DNA from: the human T2T-CHM13v2.0 reference genome, Homo sapiens
Assembly: GCF_009914755.1 (NCBI RefSeq)
Contig: NC_060928.1
Length of the DNA stretch: 64,000 nucleotides
Direction: 5' to 3' (one strand)
Part shown: positions 51,406 through 64,000 of the stretch, in pieces
Position numbering within the stretch: the stretch's first letter is position 1
How the letters are laid out: the number at the start of each line of letters is the position of its first letter
Made by a program: the position numbers and the translations under genes
Notes under the pieces: model-generated
The model's input: only the letters and a program-made list of their open reading frames with translations
The model's database searches: none
Told to the model about the DNA's origin: nothing

Positions 51406-54400
51406 GGAGAAGGATTTAAGATGGCTGACTAGATGCAGCTGGGATGCACCTCTTTCACTGAGAGGATCCAAAATATCAAGTAAATCTCCACACTTCAAAC
51501 AAATCTTTTGAGAAAAAACACCAAAATTTAATACAGAGGTGACAGAAAACATGGTGATTGAAGAGGGAAGAAGTGGGGCTGCCTGCTTCATGTTGCCAGT
51601 GCTGGGAATAACTCCTAAACCCAGACTAGACCCAAGTCAGGGGTGAGTAAAGGAACCCCCAGGCACCACATTACCACTGTGGACCTCTGAGATCTTAGCT
51701 ACAGGAGTCCCCACGATCCCCTCAGATCTTTGGACTGGCAGGGGCAGCTGCTGGGAGAACACACGGGCACTGCTTGAACTCTAATGGAGCCCAAAAGGCT
51801 TCAGTGCACTGGGCAGCTGCCTGAAAATGCGACTCTGGGCACCCATCCCAGCAAAGGCTCTGTGTCCTTCCCTAAGTGTTCCTGTTCTCTGTCTGGCACG
51901 ATAGAGCTGCCCCAGACATGTTCATGCCTCTAAGACAGACCGCACTGCCATTGTCACAGGAACAAAGTGCATCTGAGCCACAAACCCCCATGCCTGCCAT
52001 TCCCTCCCAAGACTGCCTGTCTGATCATTCCACAGGAGGTCCACAGCATAATCTCCATTGCCCTGACCTGAGCGATTTGTTGGTGGATTGAGAGCAGTTC
52101 ACCCCCAACTCTGGCTCCATCACAGCTGGTGCTTGACCTCAAGGGGTCAGGGGAAATATCTGCTGGCCTGTCCCACTTCCCCAGAGCCGGAGCTGAGCAG
52201 GACCCACAGCTGCCTGCTTTGCTGAAAACCCCAGGCAGATCCTTCCCCTGAGCAGATTCTGGCAAAGAAGAGGCACCTCCACCCTGCCCTGAAGGCTTGT
52301 CCCAAAAGCCTGAGAACTGGGACCCCAGACCCTCATGAAGGTCAATGCATACACTCCCCCTCCAGAGCCTGATTAAGGACTGGACTGACTCAGCACCACC
52401 CAGCTTTGTCCCATCCATCCCTCTTACACTTGAATGACTTTTGGGTAGACAATGAAATTAAGGTAGAAATCAAATATTTTTTGAAACAAATGAAAATAAA
52501 GACATAACATATCCTAACCTCTGGGATACAGCAAAAGCACTGCTACGAGGAAAGTTTATAGCATTAAATGCCTAAATAAAAAATATAGAAATTTATAATA
52601 TAAATTAAAAAGATAGAAACTTAATGTCATACCTCAGAGGACTAGGAAAGCAAGAATAAACCAAACCCAAGGATAGCAGAAGAAAAGAAATAAAAAAATC
52701 AGAGCAGAACTAAATAAGTTTGAGACCAATAAAATGATACAAAGGATCAACAAAAATTGGTTCTTTGAAAGGATAAACAAAATTGATAGACTGCTAGCCA
52801 GTATAACCAGGAAAAAAGAGAAGATTCAAACAAGCACAATCATAAATGATAAAGATGACATTATAAATGATAACACAGAAATACAAAAGATAAGGAGAGA
52901 TTACTGTGAACGTCTCCATGTGCACAAACTAGAAAACCTAGAGGAAACGGATAAATTCCTGGAACATACAATGTCCCAAGATTGAACGAGGAGGAAACAG
53001 AAATCCTGAACAGACCAAGGATGAGTAATAAAACTAAATTAGAAATAAAAAATTTTCAAAGCAAAATGCCTGGGACCAGATAGATTCACAGCCAAATTTT
53101 ACCATATGTACAAAGAAGAGCTGATACCCATCTTACTGAAAATATTCCACAAACCTAGGAGGAGGGACTCCTCCTTAACCCATTCAATGAAGCCAGCATC
53201 ACCTTGATACCAAAATCAGGCAAGGAAACAACAAAAATGGAAAACTACAAGTCAATATTGCTGATGAACATAGATGCAAAAATCCTCAACAAAATTCTAT
53301 CAAACTGTATCCAACAGCACATCAACAAAATAATTTGTCATATTCAAGTGGCTTTTATCCCAGGAATGCAAAGATGATTCAACATTTGCAAATCAATAAA
53401 TGCAATTCCCCACATGAACAGAGTTAAAAACAAAAACCATATGATCATTTCAATAGACCTAGAAAAAGCATTTGATGAGACCCAACATGGTTTCACGATA
53501 AAAACCCTCCACAAACTGAGCATTGAAGTAACACCTCAAAATAATAAGAACCATTTATGACAAACCCACAGCTAACATCATACTGAATGGGCAATAACTG
53601 GAAGCATTCTCCTCGAGAACTGAAACAAGACAAGAATGCCCACTCTTACCACTCTTATTCATTGTGGTCCTGGAATTTCTAGCCAGAGTAATCAGACAAG
53701 AGAAAGAAATACAAAATCCAAATGGAAAAAGCGGAAGTCAAATTATCTCTTTTTACTGATAACATGATCTTACACATAAAAAACCCTAAAGATTCCTCCA
53801 AAAGACTCCTAGACCTGATAAACAACTTCGGTGAAGTTTCAGGATACAAAATCAATTTATAAAAAGTAGCATTTCTATACACCAACAATGTTAAAGCTGA
53901 GAACCAAACCAAGAACTTAATATCATTTACAATAACCACACACACAAAAAAAAATCTAGAAATACATTTAGTCAAGCAGTGAAAAATCTCCACAAGGAGA
54001 ACTACAAAACATTGATGAAAGAAATCATACCTGACACAAACAAATGGGAAAACATTTCATGCTCATGAATTGGAAGAATCAATGCCATTAAAATGAACTT
54101 ACCGCCAAAAGCAATCTATAAATTCAGTGCAATTCCTATCAAAAAGTACCAATGTCATTCTTCACTGAATTATAAAAAGCAATCCTAGAATTTGTATGGA
54201 ACCACAGAACTGCTGAATAGCCAAAGCAATCCTTAACACAAAGAACAAAACCAGAGGCACAACACTACCTGAATTTTTTTAGCATTAAATGCCTAAATGA
54301 AAAAGATAGAAATTTATGTGAGTGCATTGACTATATAGGATGGAAAGGGGCGAAGTAGAAAAAGAAATTATAATCTGTTCTTTAAAAAAATTTATAACAT

Positions 54401-55494
54401 TTTTTGAGGATAAAATATCCAGAGGTTTTTTTTTTTTTTCAGTTGGAAGAAATTACCTGACTTCAAATTATACCACAAGGCTATAGTAACTAAAACAGCA
54501 TGGTACTGGCATAAAAAGAGACACATAGATTAATGGAATAGAATAGAGAACCTAGAAATAAAGCCACACCTGTACAACCAGCTGATCTTTGGCAAAGTTG
54601 TCAAAAATAAACAATGGCGAAAGAACACCCTATTCAATAAGTGGTGCTGGGAAGATTGGCTAGCCATATGCTGTAAAATGAAACGGGCTTTTATCTCTCA
54701 CCATCTAAACAATTAACTCAAGGTGAATTAAAGACCTAAATATAAGACCTGAAATGACTGAAGTCTTAAAGAAAAGCCCAGGAGAAACTCTTCTGGATAT
54801 TGGCCTAGGTAAAGAATTTATGACTAAGACCCCAAATGCAAATGCAACAAAACAACAATACATAAATGATACTTATTAAACTAAAAATTTTCTGCACAGC
54901 AAAACTAATATTCAACAGAGTAAACAGACAACCTACAGAATGGGAGAAAATGTTTGGAAATTATATGTCAGGCAAAGGATTAATATCCAGAATCTACAAG
55001 GAACTCAAACAGCTCAACAAGACAAAAATAAAATAAAACCATTACAAAATGGGCAAAAGACAGGAATAGACATTTCTCAGAAGAAGACTTACAAGCAACC
55101 AACAAACAAAAATGTGCAACATCACTAATCATCAGAGAAATGCAAATGAAATTCACCTTGAGGTATCATCTTAAACCTCAGAAGGGGTATTATTAAAAGG
55201 TCAAAAAACAACATGTGTTAGAGTGTATGTGGAGAAAAGGAAATAATTATAAAACGTTGGAGGAAATGTAAATTGTTATGACATCTATGGAAAAGAGTAT
55301 GGAGATTTCTCAAAGAACTTAAAATAGAACTACCACTTGACCCTGCTACACCACTACTGGGCATCTACCCAAAGCAAAAGAAATTATTATATTAAATAAA
55401 GATAGCTGCACTAGTATGTTTACTGCAGCACTATTAACAACAGCAAGTCATGGATGCCACCGGAGTGTCCCTCAAAGGTTGACTGGATAAAGAA
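51406..55494 (+). mobile_element. L1PB/L1PA15-16-type L1: 5' UTR fused to ORF2, ORF1 missing, 3' tail missing
   Basis: aagatggctgactagatgcagc 5' terminus and GC-rich UTR to ~52430, then tgaatgacttttgggtagacaatgaaattaagg (ORF2) through gactggataaagaaaa. Confidence 0.9.
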
Positions 55495-57239
<1,745 letters not shown>

Positions 57240-57299
57240 TAATGAGAAGAAATATCCCAAGATCTTTTAAAAAATTATTCTTTAGCTATACTCAACTTG

Positions 57300-57455
57300 T
57301 GTATAGTACTTTTCAGCTTTCAAAGGACTTGCACATACATAATTTATTCTTCATAGCATACCTGAAATAGAAATGTAACAGATATTTTCACGCTCACTTT
57401 ATCAAGAAAAGACCAAATTGTGTCACAAAAGCCCAGAGACCATGCAAGTCTCTCC
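57300..57455 (-). mobile_element. MIR fragment
   Basis: gtatagtacttttcagctttcaaaggacttgcacatacat...ttattcttcatagca. Confidence 0.6.
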
Positions 57456-60400
57456 AGTCCTTCTCCAGTGTGCTGTATCAGGATGCCTTTAAGGAAGCAG
57501 GTAATGTAAATCTTCTCCTTCCTGATCTTGTCCATATGTATGTGAGAGAATGTGAATGGACGCAACACACTGTCTTGGCTGTAGACTGGTCCTTGTCATC
57601 ACCCAGTTCCTCCTGTGAAATCTTATATGTCGATATTCTACTCATAACAAAATCTGTCATTCTTTCTGTTGTTTCACTCCTACTAAATTCACTTGAACTT
57701 TACTGAGATCCCAGTTCCTTGTATTCTTCATTTTGACTTTCTCAGGATCATTTATCCGTCCTTGTTTTATTCCTCCTTTGCCTTGATTCTCATTTTCTAC
57801 CAAATTTCCTCAGCTAGTCCTCAATACACAATAGCCTTCATTTCCACTGTCATCAATCTATCCTTTGGTGCCAGCCATGTCCCTTAATTTTTTTGTTAAA
57901 AAGGAGCAAATTTATTCCAACTTAAAAAAAAAACTCTGGATATTTCATCCTCAAAAAATGTTATAAATTTGTTTAAAGAACAGATTGTAATTTCTTTTTC
58001 TACTTTCCATCCTATATAGTCAATCCACTCACATAAATTTCTAGTGTCTGCAATGTAATAGGTCATAGAGTAATCAATAAAGTAAAATGCGTTCATTTAA
58101 AAACTGTTTACTTCAGCTTTACTTTGTCAAGACCCATCTGTAATGTGAAACATGACCTTTTTATAGACTTCTGTTATATATATAATGTTTTGGCAAGGAA
58201 GCCTTGCAAGAAAAAATATTACTTCCATCTTTAATTTGGTCGTTTATAAATATACTCTCTATTATTCCGGTTACACATGAAATTATTATATTTTCAAAGA
58301 AACGTTGATGGAATAGAAACATATGCATTAATCAGGCATTTTTTGAAGATAGTTTGTATTCTATTACAATTCACAAAAATAAAACATGTTTTATAACCAG
58401 AGCATTTTTCTCATGGTTCAATTTTTAACAAGAAAGTCAGCCTTTAATGGGCATATATAGGAGTATATGTATGTGAATATGTGTACACATGTTTACTTAT
58501 AAACCTAAAAAAATTAGCCCTTTCTTCAAGGTTTTGTGATCCTTCCACTCAAGTCACCAATGTACTGATTATACACTGAATGGCTGTGAGCAGTTTCAAG
58601 ATTCAGACTTTACTTTTCCATGTCAAAAATGTCTATGTCTCTTACATGCTTGAATTCTGAGTTCATTCAGACATGGTCTAGCTTCTATCAAGCTGTAGGC
58701 CAAAGACCTGAGAAAACTGCATGACTGTTTCAGGAATGTTTTCATAGTTACTCATCCAGTTTAAGACAGAGAGAAAAGGAGGGCATGTCAGGGTGTTCCA
58801 TGGGGATATTATCTGTATGTTCAAGCATGGATATATTATGTGGGAATGGGGCATTTACATTTAATTATGGAGCAGTTGTTCAAATGGGAAAAATGCTTAT
58901 TTTAATGTACATAGATTATGCAGTCATGTCCTTGTCCTCAAATGCAAAACATCTCTTTCTTGCTCTCTGTGGTATTTTGGAATTTCACCCTGTTTTAATG
59001 CAAAAACAATGTTTAACTGCCAATATACATGCACGGGAAAGGCTTTCAGGCGCCAGGCATTTCCCAGGAGGGAATCCCTACACAGTAAATTGCATCATTT
59101 ATTCTTATTGTGGTGATGTTGGGGTATCGAAACCATACCAAACCAGCCATGATGTGGGCTGCTGACACAGGAAGGTGCAGAATCCCAGTGCAGTGAACTT
59201 CTAAAAGTAAGTTGCTATTCCAATTAAGCATAGCACTACAGATCTATTACTAGTTATCAACTCACTGGGATACATAGAATACATGTTTCTAATGAAAAGA
59301 TTGTGGGAAGAGGGCAGTTTTTTTTTAACAATCAAATATTCACAAGGGATAATATTTGTCTCCTTCTTTTTAATTGACATATAGTCAACTCTGTATTATT
59401 CTGAGGCTGATTATCCAATTGTGGACTCTACCAGCAACTGATTTCCCCTCATTTTCTCTCTGGCTCATGGCCTTTTGGACAGCATATTGCTCATTAGCAA
59501 CCCCACCCAAAGCTGAGCAGGAGAAATAGTCTGCTGGAACAGAAATCAGCCGATTCTGCTCCTTGTTGGTAGTTCACGAAGAGGATGTGGAAACCGTTCA
59601 TTAAACTGAGGCTTTTGGACTAGGAGTAGATGTCAATTATTCATGTATCTCTGGCTTCCAATACCATGGATAATTGAGAGCTGGCCACACTACCAGACAC
59701 TTATGCCACAACAATCTGTTAATTTGTTGTTTAGGTTTATTTCTACTCTTTCCACTCCTTTAGACTATAATACTATTTCCTAAATCCCAGATTTTATGAT
59801 CATCAAGTCTGGATCCTTCCTGAAAATATTTCAAAGGTAGTAGTCATCTCCCTCAGCCACTGAAGTAGCAACAAAATACTAGATACCAATCCATTCTACA
59901 CTTGTGCTGTTGGTAAATAAACAAATAAATAAAATCCTTGAGTCTATATTTAGGGTGGCTTCTATGTGTCATTTACTTTCTTCACATAGAACACATTGAG
60001 TTATAGAGTCTGAGGAAGAGAGAAAAAATGTAAACTTGTCAGATATTTAAAATTTAATAGACTATAACCACTCTGATTTTGATGTGGCTGTTTTGAGACT
60101 ATTAAGTTGGATTATTTTTCGTCTTTGTTATATATGAGAAATATTGGGTTTTAATTTTAATTTTAAACATGAGGAATTCAAAGTAAGTGAGACGAAACTG
60201 AAACCTTATCTGTAGGCCAGGCTGGAGTTTGATATATACATATATTAGACCATTATGCTTCATCATGATTTTTTAATTAAGGAGAATAAAAGAGATTTGA
60301 GAGGAATTTAGAGTGGTATATAAAGAGAGCAAAAGTTCAACTGAGGAAAAAAAGAAAAGGGAAAGAAAATATGTTTCTATGAACATGAAAGACATGGATC

Positions 60401-61084
60401 TAAAAATCTACTATAGTTGCTAAGAGTAACTAGTAATGAACTGACACTATAAGGTTAGCAAGTCAGATGCAACCTGGCCAGCAACATCTGTTTCATCCTT
60501 ATAACACTGACTAAAAAGAAAAAACACCTAAGAATTAAAACAAAGAGTATAATTATTATTTATCATTCATTCAACAGCTATCAATTTTAAATCTAAACAC
60601 TAGAACTAAAGAAGAATGCTCTCCCTGCTTGCAAAGAGCTCCAGAGAAATAATTTTTAAAATGAGATGTAGGTAACATGGAAATACATACCATATATACA
60701 TACAATTTTTGAGTTAGAAGATGACAACTAGAGATCATCAAAACTCTCCCAAGAGATTTCAATTATTCCTTCTAAAATTACTGGTGGCAACTCTTGATGA
60801 AATAAAATCTACTTTTTATCTGTTTTATACCCATTACAACTTAACCACTAAAGAGTCTTATTAAAAAATGAATTTCTTTTAAAATCCTCAAGTCTTCACT
60901 ATAACCAGGGTAAACAGCTGACTTCCAAGATGATTAACTTTAAGTTCATTCAATTCCTTTCAATAATGTTTTACTGAGCATTTACCTATACAAATTAAAT
61001 TCCTTAACTAAAGTACTCCCTCTCAAATCAAAGTGGTTATGGTTCTAAAAACTCCGATTGGAGAATTTACAGGATAGGAGGAAC

Positions 61085-61617
61085 TGAAAAGTGGCAGAAC
61101 ATGCCACTCCAAAATATACCTCTTTGGCATAAGGGAAGGCCATTAAGAAGAAGCAGATAAAAGGAAATCTCTCTGCCCTCCCTCATTTGCCTAAAAAGGG
61201 GATATAAAAGTGTCCTTCCTCACTCTCTATAAGGAAAGACAGACGTTAACCATAAGAAAAACCCTATCCCCTTATCAGCCCAGAGAAGGCACGAGAGAAA
61301 TCCACATAACAAATTTTACCAACCAGCCCTTACCCACCATTAGTTTCCACATATATTTGCCTTCCCACAATCCACCCCTGGATGCTCAAAGTCCTTTTCC
61401 TTTGCCTTGTCATTTCTTTATGAATTTACTGTTCATTGTTAAGATGTTCTACAAATCCATGTTCTAAACACTCCTTTGAGTTACTCATCACTGAATACTC
61501 CCACGTGCATGCAAAATGCCCTTGTTAATAAACTTGTATCTGTTTTGTTAATCCATTTTTTGTCAGTAAATGAGCCTACGATGGATAGAAGAAAAAGAAA
61601 GATTTTCCTCCCGTGCA
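61085..61617 (+). mobile_element. MER34-family (ERV1) solo LTR
   Basis: cagaacatgccactccaaaatatacctctttggcataagg...ctttgagttactcatcactg...aataaac...ttttcctcccgtgca; 4-bp flanks gaac / gaaa. Confidence 0.85.
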
Positions 61618-61892
61618 GAAATTAAGACATTGTGGAAAAATTAAATCAGGAAGATACAGTCACAACAGAACCTATGAAGACACTGTTGTGTCTTCTAAAG
61701 ATATCACGGTTCTCCCATTCTTGGCAAGATTTGGAGCATCTTTATTCCCTGCTGACCCACATGTTTACAATTTCAAAATAAAATATTTATTAGTTTAAGA
61801 ACTTAACAATATTTATGTAGAGTACACTTTTACTAAATAGCACATATTTTTACTATTGGCTATGAAACACCATGTGGGAAGGCAGTAAATAC

Positions 61893-62112
61893 AGGCTGAT
61901 GAAAATGGTAGCCCCTGCCCACCTGTGCTTATCAAGCAATTGAAATTAGGCTATTTCAAACTGAAATATGCTTTAAGTATAAAATACACATGGTTTTTAA
62001 ATATTTAGTATAAAAATACAAAAGATCTCAATAAATTTTCATTTATTACACATTAAAATGATATTTTTATATATTCAGTTAAATAAAACATATTTTAAAA
62101 ATTAATTTTACT
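61893..62112. mobile_element. MER33-like (hAT-Charlie) fragment cut by an L1
   Basis: atggtagcccctgcccacctgtgc...aaactgaaatatgctttaagtataaaatacaca...ttaaataaaacatatt. Confidence 0.78.
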
Positions 62113-64000
62113 TATTTTTTTAAATTTTAAGTTCCAGGGTACATGTGCAGAACATACAGGTTTTTTAAATAGGTATATATGTGTCATGCTAGTTTGCTGA
62201 ACCTATCAAACCATTATCTAGGTTTAAGCCCCAAAATCATTATGTATTTGTCCTAATGTTCTCCCTCCCCTTGCCCCCACCCCTTGATAGGCCTCAGTGT
62301 GTGTTGTTCCCCTCCCTGTGTCCATCTGTTCTCAATGTTCAACTCCAACTTATGAGTGGAACATGTGGTGTTTGGTTTTCTGCTCCTGCGTTAGTTTGAT
62401 GGGGATGATGGCTTCCAGCTTCATCCATGTTCCTGCAAAGGACATGATCTCATTCATTTTTATGGCTGCATAGTATTCCATGGTGTATATGTGCCACATT
62501 TTCTTTATCCAGTCTAACATTGATGGACATTTGGGAAGGTTCCATGTCTTTGCTATTGTGAATAGTGCCACAATAAACATACGTGTGCATGTGTCTTTAT
62601 AGTAGAATCATTTATAATATTCGGGTATATACCCAGTAATGGGATTTCTGGGTCAAATGGCATTTCTGGTTTTAGATCCTTGAGGAATCACCACACTGTC
62701 TTCCACAATGGTTGAACTGATTTACATTCCCACCAACAGTGTAAAAGTGTTTCTATTTCTCCACAGCATCAAAAGCATCTATTGTTTCCTGACTTTTCAA
62801 TAATTGCCATTCTGACTGGCTTGAGATGGTATCTCATTGTGGTTTTGATTTGCATTTCTGTAATGACCAGTGCTGACAAGCCTTTTTTTCATATGTGTGT
62901 TGGCCGCACAAACGTCTTCTTTTGAGAAATGCCTGTTTATATCCTTTGCCCACTTTTTGATGGGGTTCTTTGTTTTTTTTTCTTGTAAATTTGTTTAAAT
63001 TCCTTGTAGATTCCAGACATTAGACCTTTGTCAGATGGGTAGATTGCAAAAATTTTCTCCCATTCTCTAGGTTGCCTGTTCACTCTGATGATAGTTTCTT
63101 TTGCCATGCAGAAGCTCTGTAGTTTAATTAGATCCTATTTGTCAATTTTGGCTATTGCTGCAATTGCTTTTGGTGTTTTAGTCATGAAGTCCTTGCCCAT
63201 GCTTATGTCCTGAATGGTATTGCCTAGGTTTTCTTCTAGGGTTTTTATGGTTTGGGGTTATACATTTAGGTCTTTAATCTATCTTGAGTGAATCTTTGTA
63301 TAAGATGTAAGGAAGGGGTCCAGTTTCTGTTTTCTGCATATAGCTACCCAGTTTTCACAGCACCATTTATTCAATAGGGAATCCTGTCCCCATTGCTTGT
63401 TTTTGTCAACTTTGTCAAAGATCAGATGGTTATAGATGTGTAGTGTTATTTCTGAGGTCTCTGTTCTGTTCCATTGGTCTATATATCTGTTTTGGTACCA
63501 GTACCATGCTGCTTTGGTTACTGTAGCCTTGTAGTATAGTTTGAAGTCAGGTAGCGTGATGCCTCCAGCTTTGTTCTATTTGCTTAGGATTGTCTTGGCT
63601 ATATGGGCTCTCTTTTGGTTCCATATGAAATTTAAAGTAGTTTTTTCTATTTCTATGAAGACTGTCAATGGTAGCTTGATGAGAATAGCATTGAATCTAT
63701 AAATTACTTTGGGTAGTATGGCTATTTTCATGATATTGATTCTTCCTATCCATGAGGATGGAATGTTTTTCCATTTGTTTGTGTCCTCTCTTATTTCCTT
63801 GAGCAGTGGTTTGTAGTTCTCCTTGAAGAGGTCCTTCACGTCCCTTATAAGTTTTATTCCTAGGTATTTTATTTTCTTTGTAGCAATTGTGAATGGGAGT
63901 TCATTCATGATTTGGTTGCTTGTCTATTGTTGGTGTATAGGAATGCTTGTGATTTTTGCACATTGATTTTGTATTCTGAGACTGCTGAATTTGCTTATCA
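62113..64000 (-). mobile_element. L1PA8-like element (3' UTR and ORF2 C-terminus), continuing beyond the window
   Basis: ttttaagttccagggtacatgtgcag 3' end; minus ORFs MFIVALFTIAKTWN and [18 protein letters not shown]. Confidence 0.95.

Noticed and set aside
58785-59165. 126-aa ORF in unique sequence (also 3797-4123, 13347-13742, 51954-52418)
   Set aside because: No recognisable domain or exon structure; the last two overlap a MITE or the antisense L1 5' UTR

Overview
Primate (human-like) AT-rich, repeat-dense intronic or intergenic DNA. I can support no host protein-coding exon, structural RNA gene or CRISPR array. The listed ORFs are decayed transposon frames (L1 ORF2, Tigger1 transposase, MaLR), Alu or antisense-L1 frames, or chance ORFs. 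Much of the window is recognisable interspersed repeat: three Alus with target-site duplications (TSDs), a FAM monomer, MIR/L2/L3 relics, several L1s, a full-length Tigger1, hAT/Tigger MITEs, solo LTRs, ERVL internal fragments and a complete THE1 provirus nested in an L1MA nested in an ERVL. Subfamily names come from recalled consensus sequences, not an alignment run. I found no new biological system. The most unusual signals are DNA-repair scars: (i) a composite templated insertion in an old L1 at 54273-54453, copied from 52559-52596 and the reverse complement of 57909-58043 and joined by an 11-bp microhomology; (ii) a nearby L1PA fragment with no tail or TSD; (iii) an exact 32-bp patch shared between 23365 and an L2 at 24749.
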